The translations under genes and the position numbers were made by a program. The notes under the pieces were generated by a model. The model saw only the letters and a program-made list of their open reading frames with translations. It ran no database searches and had not been told where the DNA came from. This document shows positions 49,440 through 61,528 of a stretch of DNA of 64,000 nt, one piece after another. Position 1 is the first letter of the stretch, and each line of letters begins with the position of its first letter. Source of the DNA: Prorocentrum cordatum (Eukaryota). The DNA is taken from positions 1,984,001 to 2,048,000 of the forward strand of contig CAUYUJ010000001.1 of the NCBI GenBank assembly GCA_963575745.1, read 5' to 3'.

Positions 49440-50280
49440 GACACTCAACTGGACAAGGTAATGATCAGGTTGAGAGACAGTGAGCTCGACATCCTTATTT
49501 ACTTCTGACCCCGAGGAATACTGCAAGCACTTCTTAGGGGCGCCAATACAGTCAATACGTTGCGTAGGGAAAAATCCACCAGGAGGGGCCCAGGTTTTGC
49601 GGTCGACCGCGGGGCCCATAAACGTGCAAGGCAAATGCAAATCCAGCTCCCTAAGCATTTGATGCATACATGTCCCACAGATGGACTCCAGCTCTGCCCT
49701 CACACTTCCAATAGACTCCACCGTCGCGCTGGCATCCATAAGTAAAAACAGATAGTCGGCCTGGCCAGCCCTTCTTCTCAATGTAGCTGCAGTATCCTTC
49801 CACCATGCAAGTATACCACTGTTGTTATGTCCTGAATGTGGTGCGCGTGCCACACAAAAAGTAACACTGAAAGAGGCCAGCGCAAGATTAACGACCAGCA
49901 GTGTAGGTGTAGCAGCCGCCACGTTAAGCTTGTTCCTGGAATTTCTTGTCCTTCCTGCCTGGAATGAATTACTTCTGTGAGCGAGACCGTATAGAGCAGC
50001 CGTGATTCCCAGACTCATGTCTTGGGCCATGTAATTCAAGAAAAGATCCGACATGGCACCATCCAGGATTAAGGCATACGAGTCTCAGCAGTACCAACAA
50101 CCGTAAAATCATAATGTCGGAATTGTTCAGCTAGAAGCCTAGGACGACCCGCCATATAAATTCCAACATATCTAGGACCATGCTTATGGTTGTTGCTCGT
50201 GTTCTTGCCAAGGCACTTGATCTTCTTAGGTTGCAAAAGTGTGAGCACATTAGCAAAAGCTGAGCGAAATTTTAACCGTG
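49440..50280 (-). pseudogene. APE-type endonuclease remnant
   Basis: FANVLTL; VVGTAETR; VARAPH; LLMDASA; QRIDCI; QPDHYLV. Confidence 0.8.
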
Positions 50281-50519
50281 AGAACGGGTCTGGCCCCTGC
50301 GAGCTTTCCAGAGTAAAAGATCTGGAACACGTCCAACGCACCTTTGCATTGGAGGATACTCATTTGGGGCTGTTGAGTCAACGATGATCATGTTCCGTTG
50401 CCGAATGGTCGGATATTGCCGTCTTCCACCGGTCGGCAATAGCGGCAGCCATGCCCACAACGCCGACAGTGGATCGTGTAAAAAATGCAGCCACGGACAC
50501 GCGACATTATTCTCTATTA

Positions 50520-50999
50520 TACCCGTGCTTGCTAACGCTGCAAGTGTGCCCACGTATTCGTTAACAGGATGCTGTGCGTGTGCATGAACATGTTTGAGTA
50601 CTGCCATGTGCGTGTACATGAACACGTGAAATACCGAACGCAAACATGATGATAAGCCTGCCAATGGTGGTATGTCCCATATGCCTTGTGCTGCGTTCGT
50701 GACAACAACGTTGTCCAGATTTAAATGAAACTGGACATCTGCAAATGGAGACTGGATTGCCCACGACATCGCCCACAATAGAGCGCGTGTCTCTGACACT
50801 AAGCTGAGCTGCGTGGGCGCCACAAAAAATCATCTCTAAGAAACGAGCCTGCATGATCGACGAAATGATGATACCCGCCGCTTCCAGAAACGATGAGGAC
50901 ACAGAAGGCCCACGAAGGTTTCACATGTGTGGGGGCAGAGCCCCCACCACCATCAGTAGAGATTTCGATGCGTATAGTATCTGATATGTCCCCGTCCAA
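50520..50999 (-). pseudogene. RNase HI-like domain located upstream of the endonuclease
   Basis: ISTDGG..SWAF; SETRALLWA; LNLDN; HVHAHAQHPVNEYVG. Confidence 0.75.
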
Positions 51000-51204
51000 A
51001 TCTGATAAGGACTGGAAGAGGCACGACGTACAATCTAGAAGGAACCTTTCATTGTTTCGCCAATCAGTATTGAGTACCTCCCCCCATGGACGGAGTAGCG
51101 AAAAACGATATCTGGATTATCTACGTAAGTGGGCTTGACCCCTTGAAATATCTGATAGGAATCATGATCGGAGGAGTCGTGGCCGATCATGTCCCTGCCT
51201 GATG

Positions 51205-52595
51205 CTACCCCGGCGGCTCGTAGCCCTCCCTCAGGACAGTGTCGTCTATGTCTTCGACACCTGGTGGAGAGGCCGCCGCCACATCGACCGAAGTTTCCAC
51301 CGCGACCGTAGATGCACCGTGAGCCGGTGCTCGTCGGCCTAGCGAAGGACTTCTGTTCGGGCGACGTTTGGGCTGGTGATCTGGATCGTTCCTGTGAGCT
51401 CCACCCCTCTTTGGCGTAGCCACTGGATGCTGTCGTGCCCTATGCGGTAGTGCCGTTGGTACCATCTGTGGAGCAGCTGCATCCTCCGTATGTCTCGCTC
51501 TCTCTGCTGACTCCACGTGTGATGCACCACCTCGTAATGCAGACATCGAAGCTTCGTGCATGCTGTTGACTGCGGTAACTTGAGCACCAATCGCATTGAC
51601 ACTCGCATCGATATGAGACTGATACGCAGTGAGTGAGGTAGCAATATGTGCCAACTGTCTTTGCATGATCGCCATGTCTGATAAGTGCTGCTGTTGCTGA
51701 TGCTAATTACTGGTGTTTCTGCGGCGCACTTTGCTGCTGTGCTCCAACAGGCAACAGCGCGTTGGGAGTTGAGGGCGCCGCATCTCCTGGCGGCGTTGCT
51801 GCACCCGTCACCTCTGCGTCCATGTCCGAGGCTGTCGACCGTAATTCTATCATAGTTTCGTGGTGCCTTTGAACCCATTCGACTGCGAGCTCTCGTTTGT
51901 CCTGCAGTTCGCTGAGATGTTGTTTTGTCTTTTCTATCTTGTTGTCTATGTCCTCGAGTCTGACTTCCGATCTTTGAAGCGCCGGTTCCTGTCTGGATAA
52001 CTGATCTTTGCGAGGTCGACACAGATGGATGCCCGTCAAAACAACAAAGTACCATGAGCGCTCTTCGTACGCCATCTCGCCAGATCTCTCTTTTAGCCTG
52101 ATTGTGCCAGCAAGATCTCTCAACTCTTGCATGCGCTCTGTGATGAGCGTATTTACTGCGCTCTCTGGCGGAGGCTGCTGGTTCTAACTCTCCTGGGACA
52201 TGCTGGTGCAGCCGTGCCTCCGAAGGAAGAGCAGGGATGATGCTCAGAGGCCTCTGATTCTCGTCCCTGTAACCATCCTCCTCCTCGTCTGCGAACGTAG
52301 CCGACGGAGACCTCGTACGTTGCTGACGCTTCGTAGTAGACTGTCTTTCGTCCGTGTCGATCTGAGTGGCGGGACTCTGACCTGATGTTTTTCCCTGACG
52401 AGTGTTGTCACTTCCTCTCGGACCGTTGGACTGAGCACGTACTTGATTGTTCTTGACCCACGGCTGTCTCTCGAATGTATCCGCAATCTGAGCCGAGCCG
52501 TACTCCGTCCTCGAAGTGGCACAACTCCTGCAATTTTGTCTCTCCAAGAAGTTTCACGTCGCACAAGAAGCACAAAACCACGACTTGGAGGACAT
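51205..52595 (-). pseudogene. LINE ORF1 remnant with a RanBP2-type Zn finger and coiled coil
   Basis: ATG at 52595 gives MSSKSWFCASCAT*NFLERQNCRSC (W-x-C-x2-C-x3-N-x6-C-x2-C). Downstream RLEDIDNKIEKTKQHLSELQDKRE. Confidence 0.65.
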
Positions 52596-53046
52596 AGAGC
52601 GATGACGATTGAGTAGCCGTCTTGCTTTGATGACAGTGTACTCAGACAATCGAGCGATGACACGAGCCTGAGCTCGTGCTTCCCTCTGCCTGCGATGTCA
52701 AGCGGGGTTGACTTTCTTCCGCCGATGTCCACAGAAATTCTCGGCAGGCGCGGTCAGCCACACTCAGTGGCCAACGCGCTGGCTCCGAACGCTGGTACAG
52801 TATATGGAATGTATGCTGTCCTCAAAGGGCAAGCGCCCCGCCTCGTCGCCGCGTGAGCAGCGGACCCAGACGGGAATGTGGATTGGGGGGACGCCGCGTT
52901 CGGGCCTAGGAGGAGGAGAAGGAGGAGGAGGAGGAGGAGCACAGGGAGGAGAGGAGGAGGAGAAGGAGGTGGAGGAGCAGGAGGAGGAGGAGGAGAACGA
53001 GGAGGAGGAGGAGGATTGAGGGAGTATGCCGAGGAGGGAGGGCGAG

Positions 53047-53422
53047 ACGATGATGATGATGATGATGATGATGACGACGGTGGTCATGATGATGTTGCTG
53101 ATGATGATGTCGATGCTGATGATGATGATGTTGATGCTGATGATGATGATTTTGCTGCTGATGGTGATGGTGATGGTGACGGCGATGGGGATGATGATGA
53201 GGCTGATCACGATGATTGTGGATAAGATGATGGTGATGTTGATGTTGTTGATGACAATGATGGTGGTGTTGATGATGGAGATGGTGATGATGAGTGCGAT
53301 GTTAATGATGCTGGTGGTAGTGCTGATGATGCTGATGATCATGATGAGCATGATGGTGGTGAGTATGTTCCTAATGCTGGTGATGATGATGGTGCGTTAC
53401 TGATGATACTGATGATGGTCAC

Positions 53423-53456
<34 letters not shown>

Positions 53457-53911
53457 CTGATGATGATGATGATCATGATGATGATGATGCTGATGATGAT
53501 GATGTTGAAGAGGATGCAGATGATGCTGGTGGTGATGATGATGCTGATGATAATGATGGTGATTATGCTGATGATGACAATGCAGAGGATTCGGATTAAT
53601 ATAAGGATGGTGAGTATGATGATGGTGATGATGTTGATGAGGATGATCATGTCGATGATGATGAGAAGGATGAGGTTGACGATGAGGATGATGATGATGA
53701 TGGTTGTGGTGGTGATGGTGGTGGCGTTGATGATGGCATTTGTGGTGGTGATGGTCGTTGTGGTGATGATGATGAGTGAGTGCGATGGTGAAGATGATGA
53801 TGGTGATGATGATCGTGACGAGTGCAATGATGATGCTGATGATGATGGTGATAGTGGTAATGACGATGCTGATGCTGATGCTGATGATGGTGATGATGGT
53901 GCTGGTGACGG

Positions 53912-53946
<35 letters not shown>

Positions 53947-54194
53947 TGAAAGATGATGGTAGTGATGATGATGATGGTCATGATGATTGTGAGTGATGGT
54001 GATGGTGACGATGATGATGAATTCGATTGTTTTGATGATGATGATGCTGAGAGTGGTGGTGATGTTGATGGTGGTTGTGGTGTCGGCGATGTTGATGATG
54101 ATCGTGATGATCGTGGTGATGATGATGACGATGACGATGGTGTTTGACACGATGGCGGTGATGATGCTGATGGACATGCAGATGATGTTGATGT

Positions 54195-54226
<32 letters not shown>

Positions 54227-54400
54227 GTCATGATCGTGGTAATTGTGATGGTGATGGTGATGGTGATGGTGATGGCGATGGTGGTGGTGATGATTCTAGT
54301 CATGATGATAAAGGTGGTCATGGTGACGATTGTAAAGGTGGTGATGGTGATGATGATGCTGATGATGATGACGATGATAGAAACAGCGATGATGATTGAG
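53047..54400. repeat. Degenerate (GAT)n microsatellite, ~1.35 kb
   Basis: gat/ggt/gct/gtt triplets throughout. Confidence 0.97.
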
Positions 54401-56509
54401 GCGAGTAAGGAGGATGACGATCCAGGAACATGGGGGATGAGGCGGTCGGAAGAGGGGGTCGTGCAGGGGGGGATTGCTGGCGCCTCGGGTCAGACGAGCT
54501 TCCCGTCGGCGGAGCTGAACGAGATGGAGCGCACGGTCGAGGACGGGGCACGCCCGCCACCTCCCTGCCGAACGGTCGAGGACGGCAGTCGAGGATGGCC
54601 CACTATCGAGGAGGAGGAGGAGGAGGGAGGAGGAGGGAGGAGGGAGGAGGGAGGGAGGAGGGGGGAGGAGGAGGAGGAGGAGGAGGAGCAGGAGGAGGAG
54701 GGAGGAAGAGCAAGAGGAGGAGGAGGGAGGAGGAGGAGGAGGAGGAGGAGGAGGGAGTAAGAGCAGGAGGAGGAGGAGAAGGAGGAGGCGAAGGAGGAGG
54801 AGGAGGAGATCGAGGATGGCATTGGAGTGCATACGCAGCCGAGCATCAATGCTGACAGCACTGAGCACGGAGTGCACCGTGGAGTGTGGCGGTCGAGGAT
54901 AGCAGTATGGAGAACGGACCACACGGCGTCCTTGTCTTCTTTGTTCCTGTTGCCCTCCCAAGTCGTTGTCCTTCTCCTGCTGCTTCAGCCCTCTCGTCGC
55001 GCTCCGCCTCCTCGCTCTTGTCCGGGGCGTGGTGCCTGTCCTTCTGCACCCTCCCCCTCATCCTCGCCCCCCGTCCCCTTCATGTTCTCGTCGGAGGCTT
55101 GCGGGTGGGATCGCACTGAAGCGGAGGCCCCTAACCCCCTAACTGGAACTTCGTCTTCGTGTTCGTGTCGCTCGGGAGGGCGAGGCGAAATTGCCCGAGG
55201 GCGACGATGTGCCGATCGCAGCTACGGCCAAGTCGGACAACATGATTCTACGTGTGTTTTGCTGTGACGCGCAGTAGTGGTACGTGGGTTGTCCCGTGGG
55301 TTGTCCCGTGGGTGTCCTGTGTGATAGATAGCGGGGGTAACATTCAGATCTGCAGAGCGAACTGCAAGCCGACATGTGCATCAAAATTGAGAGCTTCGAT
55401 GATTTAGGCACGCAGCTCGTTCGATTCATCGGTTTGGAGACACCTCACTGGTTGGTATTAGTGCTGTTTCGGGCGTAGCCCGAATTCTTGTCGCTTCGCG
55501 TATCCCCACCAGAGAGGTCACCGCTTCTGTCCCCGGCCGCGGCATTTAGGTTTGCCTGACCCTTGTGACGGCGCGCGGCTCTCCCGCGTGCGCTCGCGAA
55601 GAAAAAAGTACCCCCACCAGATTTGCACGCCGCCTGACTTTGGTCCTCTTCCTGGACCTGGTCGCGTACTAATTCATCCGCCATTTTGGTGTGCATCGGG
55701 GCCTTCTTCCTGGCCTTCGTCGGCTTCGGCGTGTAGCACCTGTTCTTCAGGGTCGGTTTCGTCTCCTGAGTGGCAGCGTAGCCCGCTCCTGTTGCTTAGG
55801 GCCCAATTTAGCCCGCTGCTTGTTAGCTGCGCGTTGACTTGACACCGTGCGATGTGTCGCGACGGCCGCGATCAAAAAATATCCCCGCCAGCTCACCCTC
55901 GGCTCAGCTCAGCCACGGCGCGGCTGCGCCCCCCGGCGGTGGGTATTGCCCTTTTTCGGCGCGCGCGCCGGCATTTAGGTTGTTCGTAGCCCGAGCAAAC
56001 TCTGCTGACGCTGCGGGCGCATTCGCCTGCGGCCGCGACGGAAAAAGTATCCCCACCAGCCCATCCCAATACAGTAGCTTTTGCGAAGCATAGCGCGTGC
56101 CCCCTTCTGCCCTCGGAGGAGGAGGAGGAGGGGGCGGAGGAGGCGGAGGCGGAGGAGAGCGAGGAGGGAGGAGGAGGAGGAGGAGGAGGAGAGAGAGAGA
56201 GAGAAAGAGGAGGCGGAGGCGGATAAGGAGGAGGAAGAGGAAGAGGAGGAGGAGGAGGAGGAGGAGGAGGAGAAGAGAAGGATAAGGAGGAGGAGGGGGA
56301 GGAGGAGGAGGAGGAGGAGGAGAGAGAGGAGGAGGAGGAGGAGGAAGAGGAGGAGGAGGAGGCGAAGGAGAAGGAGGAGGAGGCGGAGGAGAAGGAGGAG
56401 GAGGAAGAAAACATGACGATCAGAAGAGCGTCCTCGGATGTCTTTTTTTATAAAAATTATCTCAGCGCGACCCTACCTAGGAGTTGGAGCCCCTTAAGAA
56501 AGGAGCAGG

Positions 56510-56990
56510 AGCTAAGCTAAGCTCAGCGAAGATAGCTAAGCTGAGCTAAGATGAAATAAGCTGAGCTGGGCTAAGCTAAGCTAAGCTACGCTAAGCTAAG
56601 CTAAGATGGGATAAGCTAGTCTAAGCTGAGCTAAGCTGAGCTGAGCTGAGCTGAGCTAGGCTAAGCTAGGCCAGGCTAGGCTAGGCTAAGCTAAGCTAGG
56701 CTAGGCTAGGCGAGGTTGAGCTAAGCTAAGCTAAGCTAAGCTAAGCTAAGCTACGATGAGATAAGCAACGCTAAGCTAAGATCAGCTGGGCTAAGCTAAG
56801 CTAAGCTAAGGTAAGATCAGGTAAAGTAAGCTAAGCTAAGCCAAGCTAAGCTAGGCTAGTCTAAGCTAAGCTCATATGAGATAAGCTAAGCCAAGCTAAG
56901 TTAATCTAAGCTAAGCCAAGATGAAATATGCTAAGCCAAGCTACGCTAAGCTAAGATAAGCTAGGCTAAGCTAAGCTGAGCGAAGCTAAG
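56510..56990. repeat. (GCTAA)n pentamer satellite
   Basis: gctaa/gctag/gctga units. Confidence 0.95.
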
Positions 56991-58799
56991 CGGGGCGGAT
57001 GCCGGGGGAACCGCGGGGCGGATCCTGGGGGAACCGCTTCGGGCGGGGAACACTGCCCGGCCCTTTAAGCATACAGGGCAAGAACCCTTCTAGGCAGAGC
57101 CTAGGTAGGGAAAAAAGCCTGTTGGAGCGTCTGGGGGGCATTTTGGGTGCTTCGGGGATTGTATTGGAACCTCTTGGGGGCCTTTTGGGAGCCTCTTGGA
57201 GGCCTCTTGGGCGCCTCTTTGGGCAGTGTGGGCGCCTTTGGGGGCCCTCTTGTGGCGTTTTCGGGAGCCTTGGGGACGCTCCTGGAGCCATTGTGGAGGA
57301 CATCGATCAAAAAAAATGGGTTTTTCAATTAGCGCTTCCCCCCAGGAACCACCAAAATCGCCTCCTGGACCCCTCTCGGAGCGCTCTTGGGGCGTTCTTG
57401 GGGCGCTTTGGGGCCGTCTTGGGGCGCTCTCGGGCCTCTCTTGGGGCCCTCTTGGGCCATCTTTGAGCCATCTTGCGGCTTCGGAAGTCTATCGCACGCG
57501 AACGGGCGACGATGCAAACATTATTGGTGTTCCTTGGGTTTTTGATGGATTTTGGCCCCTTGGAGGCCTCCTTGGAGATTTCGGAGGCCTCTTGGAGCCG
57601 TCGTGGGGCGGTCTTGGGGCTTGTCGGAGCATCTTCGGAACCATATTGAGGCATCTTAGGCTATCTTGAGCCATCTTGGAGCTCATGTGGGGCTCTCCGG
57701 GGCATTCCTGGGGCCGTCTTGGGCCACCTTGAACGCTCCAGCTACCAGCGTCCCCCCCCGTCCCGGTCCATGGGAGGGGGTGGAGGGAGGGGTCAAGCTA
57801 CCCACCCGCCCGCAAGCCGTCGAGCTCACTCCCACCAGCCCTCCCAACACTTACGTAACACCCGAGCCTAAGCATGTTCAGCGCTCGTCTTTGGATGTGC
57901 TGGGAACCAACGCCGACCCCAGGTGCGCGACGCTTGGGCGAGGTGCGCCACGCGTGCCAGGGACGCCACGCGTGCCAGGCACTCCTGGGGCCCGAGCGTA
58001 CCAGGCACGCCTGGTGCGCCAGATGCGCCACGTGCTCCGAGTGCGCCAGGTATGCTGCACACCCCATCAGCGCCAGGTGTGCCATGTTCGGGGCACGTGT
58101 AGAGTGCGTCAGGTGCGTCTGCGCACGTGACGGCACATATCGGGAAACATGTCGGCCCCCGCCAACCCTGTCGGAAACCAATGCTCATCATTGTGTTTGG
58201 TGGGCCTGCGCACAGCAGGCCACGCGCCACCACACCCGCCGTCCCTGTCAAAAACTATGTGACAGTGATCGCGGGATGGCAGCGCATGGTCCAGATTTAG
58301 CCGCGAGGTGCATTTTGTTCTGGTTTTTGTCACCTGCGCACGGCAGGGAATATGCTGGCACCCTCGCTGTCCCTGTCAAAAATTTGCCCCAAAATGCATT
58401 TTGCATTCAAGACGTTGCCTCAGGGATACGGTTCAAGATGTCCGTTGGCGGGCCTCACGGATATGATTCAGGATGTCGCCCCAAAGTGTAGTTTGCATGG
58501 TTTTCGGCCAGGGATGGGAGGGGGCGCATCGGGTTGGCCGCGCATGCTCCACATGTGGAGGCAGAGTGCGGTTTGTATTGTCTTTCGACAGGGATAATGA
58601 TGGGAGGCGGGGCGCCATGGTGTCCTCAGGGAGGGGGTGCATACTAATAAGGAACAGTGATAAAACCCTCCTCGAAGGGGAAGAAGGCAGTTGGAAGAGG
58701 AGCCCTAAAGGGCTGGTGGGATTTGCTTCTGGTGAGGCGAGGTAGACTGCCTGAACTGACTGGACTGGACCGGTCGCGCCCGATCGGCGGCTGTTTGAT

Positions 58800-59010
58800 G
58801 TTCGGCCGCGAACACAAAATTGATGGTGCAACCCAGAAAAGGCAGTTTTATTCTCGACGGCCGAGAGCGCAACCTATGGCGATCAATAGTCGGCAGTCTT
58901 ATTATCGGCGGCCGAGCGGGAAACGTATGGCGCAAGCAACGGGAGGCTGATTCCTCCCCGGCGGCCAAAAACAGGACCGATGGCGCAACCAAAAGGAGGC
59001 AGTTTTCTCC
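58800..59010 (+). repeat. Degenerate ~52-bp minisatellite (left part); continues at 60340-60590
   Basis: Units like tattctcggcggccgagcgcgcaacctatggcgcaacc occur on both sides of the panE-like gene. Confidence 0.7.
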
Positions 59011-59015
59011 AGTAG

Positions 59016-59052
59016 CCAGTAGCCATGTTGGCTCAAGCTGTTCTGGCTTGAG
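59016..59052 (+). other. Dinoflagellate spliced-leader relic(s)
   Basis: gtagccatgttggctcaag (59019-59037) matches 18 of 19 nt at the 3' end of the DinoSL DCCGTAGCCATTTTGGCTCAAG. It is followed by ctgttctggcttgag, a possible older relic of CCATTTTGGCTCAAG. Confidence 0.85.
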
Positions 59053-59131
59053 TCAGTTGCTCGGGCTGCTCCCGGCGCCGCCTCCGCTTCGCTGGGATCC
59101 CTTCGTGCCGGGCACCGTGTGGCCGTTGGCG

Positions 59132-60289
59132 ATGGAGGTGCCCCGCATCGCGCTGCTCGGCGTCGGCGGGGTGGGGGGGTGGGTCGGCGCCAGGCTGCTG
59201 GAGGCTGGCAGGGGCGCCGCGGAGGTCGTGCTAATCGCCCGCGGGGCCCACGGCTCGGCCCTCCGCGAGCGCGGCCTCCGCCTGCGCGTGGTGTCGGTCG
59301 ACGGGCCAGCCGCGGTCGTCGAGGCGGGGCCAGGCGCGGCGGAGGTGTACAGCAGCATCGAGGAGGCTGTCCAGCAGAAGGCCAAGCCTGTCGACTTCGT
59401 GGTGCTGGGCGTCAAGACTTGGCAGGTCAGGGAGGCCGCCGCGGAGGCCAAGAGGCTCCTCTCGGAGAAGGGCTGCGTGGTCACCACGCAGAACGGCGTG
59501 GAGGCCCCCTTGCAGGCTGCCGAGGCTGTGGGCTCCGACCGAGTGCTCGCGGGCGTGGCCAAGGTTTTGTCTTTCATCGCTGAGCCTGGGGTCGTTGAGA
59601 TGAAGGAGAAGCCGGCGTCGTTGCATTTTGGCGAGGCCTTCACCACGGGTGGCAGGTCGATCACGGTCTCGGACGGGCCCGCGGCCGTGCGCAGCGCCCG
59701 GGCGGATTGGTTGGCGGCAGCCCTCGGCAAGTGCAACGGCATCGATTCGGGCGTGGCCAGCAAAAGCATGTGGTCTGTGATCTGGGAGAAAGCCGTCATC
59801 ATGTGCTGCATGGGGCCCATCGGTGCCCTGACGCGCGCGCCTCTGGACAAGCTGTGTGGCATACCAGAGACGAGGTGCCTGTTCGAGAAGGCCATGGTGG
59901 AGGTCGGCGCCTGCGCCGCGAAGGCGGGCCACCTCTCGCCAGAGGACACCCCGGGGGAGCTGGCGGCGCGGACGCTGCGGATGCTCGAGGCACAGGGCGT
60001 CCAGCAGCCGGGCATCACCCCGTCCACGCTCCGGGACGTCGTCGTGGGCAGGCCTTCGGAGATCAACGAGCTCACGGGAGGCATCGTGCGGTCTGGGCGG
60101 GCCCTGGGCGTGCCCACTCCCACTCACGACCTCATCCTGGCGGCCCTGCTGCCTCAGGAGCTGAGGGCCCGGGGGGAGCAGCCCTACCAGCTCAACGGCG
60201 TGCCGGGTGGCGCACCGCACGTCGGGGCGGCGGGGGGGTCCGGATGCGAGACAGGAGCGGCCTCGCTTTCTCAGCGCAGTCACATGTAG
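59132..60289 (+). CDS. panE: Ketopantoate reductase (2-dehydropantoate 2-reductase, PanE/ApbA family), intronless
   Basis: RIALLGVGGVGG (Rossmann fold); ARGAH; GVKTWQV; TQNGVE; IWEKA; PSTLRDV..GRPSEINELTGGIV..G..GVPTP. Confidence 0.92.
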   Translation: MEVPRIALLGVGGVGGWVGARLLEAGRGAAEVVLIARGAHGSALRERGLRLRVVSVDGPAAVVEAGPGAAEVYSSIEEAVQQKAKPVDFVVLGVKTWQVREAAAEAKRLLSEKGCVVTTQNGVEAPLQAAEAVGSDRVLAGVAKVLSFIAEPGVVEMKEKPASLHFGEAFTTGGRSITVSDGPAAVRSARADWLAAALGKCNGIDSGVASKSMWSVIWEKAVIMCCMGPIGALTRAPLDKLCGIPETRCLFEKAMVEVGACAAKAGHLSPEDTPGELAARTLRMLEAQGVQQPGITPSTLRDVVVGRPSEINELTGGIVRSGRALGVPTPTHDLILAALLPQELRARGEQPYQLNGVPGGAPHVGAAGGSGCETGAASLSQRSHM

Positions 60290-61528
60290 TGTTCGGGGTC
60301 TGTTCCATTCCGCGAGCAGGCGAAACCAGAAAGCATCGGGCGCTGTTTCCATCGGCGGCCGGAGCGCGAAAGCTACGTCGCAATCAACAGGGGTCACGTG
60401 TATTCTCGGTGGCCGAGCGGACAACCTGTGGCGCAACCAGTAGGAGACAGTGCTTTTCTCAGCGGCCCCACGCGCAATTCAGAGGAGGTTGTTTCATTCT
60501 GGGCGGCCGAGCGCGCAAACTACGGCGCAAACATACACAGGCCATTTTATTTCCGGCGGCCGAGCGCGCAACCCATGGCAACCAACTCTAGACGCTTCGC
60601 GTAACTCCACCAGCCCATCCAGAAACGATGCCCAGACGAGATGCCCTGATCACAGGGTTGTGGAGGAGCATGCAGTGGAATAAAGGGCTGGGTGAGACGT
60701 CCTAATTACCCCAACAGGGGGGGATGGAGGCATCAGAGGAGCAGGCGGAGGAGGAGCAGGAGGAGGAGGAGGAGCAGGAGGAGGAGGAGCGGCGGATAAG
60801 GAAGAAGAGGAGGAGGAGGAGGGCGAACAGAAGGCCAGCAGCCTCTTGGATGCCTCTTTACGTCTCTTCGGATTTCTTCCAAGAGCTTCGTGGAATCCTC
60901 GAGGGGTGTCTAGGGAGCCTCTTGGCAGTCCTGGGGGAATCTTGGGGCGTCTTGGGTGCCTCTGGGGAGCCTCTGGGGCGCTTCTTGGGGGTCTCTTGGG
61001 AGCCTCTTGGGGGCACTTTGGGGGCCTCTAGGGGGCCTCTTGGGGGCCTCTTGGGGCCTCCTGGGCACCTCTCGGGGCGGTCTTGGGGTGCCCTTGGGAG
61101 CCTCGGGGGCCATCTTGGGAACATCTAGGGGGAGATCGATCAAATGATGGGCTGTAGTACATCAGAGTCCCCCCCAGGAGGCCTACATGTGGCCAAAACC
61201 TTTTTGTAACATCAGTGAGTTGGGTATTCTCGCCGAGACCTCTTGGGGCGTCTTGGGTGCCTCTGGGGTGCCTCTTGGGGGTCTCTTGGGAGCGAGCCTC
61301 TTGGGTGCATCCTGGGGGCCGTTGGGGGGCCTCTTGGGGCCTTCTGGGCACCTCTCGGGGCTGCCTTGAGGCACCCTTGGGAGACTTTAAACGGAGAAGG
61401 TTAAAGGCGAGGTATATATCGAGCATGCACCGCTGCCGTGCCTGGCTCAAGCCGGGCCCGGCCTAATATGTGACTGTGCCTCACCGAGGCGCACGACGTG
61501 TATCTGAGATCGGAAAATACCTTTTCCG

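Larger units (their letters stand above)
45100..52720 (-). mobile_element. Decayed, near full-length LINE: ORF1 (RanBP2 finger + coiled coil) and ORF2 (RNase H - APE endonuclease - RT - DNMT-like); ends approximate
   Basis: Domain motifs listed in the sub-features, all on the minus strand, with many stops and frameshifts. Confidence 0.88.

Noticed and set aside
52764..54760. Poly-Met/Ile/His/Asp ORFs
   Set aside because: They are translations of the degenerate (GAT)n tract.
56510..56990. (GCTAA)n tract as a telomere
   Set aside because: It is internal and degenerate, and does not match the TTTAGGG-type repeat expected for dinoflagellates.
58820..59131. N-terminal 104 aa of the 489-aa ORF as part of PanE
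   Set aside because: It spans the minisatellite and the SL relic. Family homology begins at MEVPRIALLG (59132).
59053..60436. Antisense ORFs over panE (59053..60123, 59231..60436) and over the DIRS ORFs
   Set aside because: They are shadow ORFs of GC-rich coding sequence and have no recognisable motifs.
61443..61451. tggctcaag as an SL relic ahead of the gag ORF
   Set aside because: Only a 9-nt match, and the upstream bases do not fit the leader.
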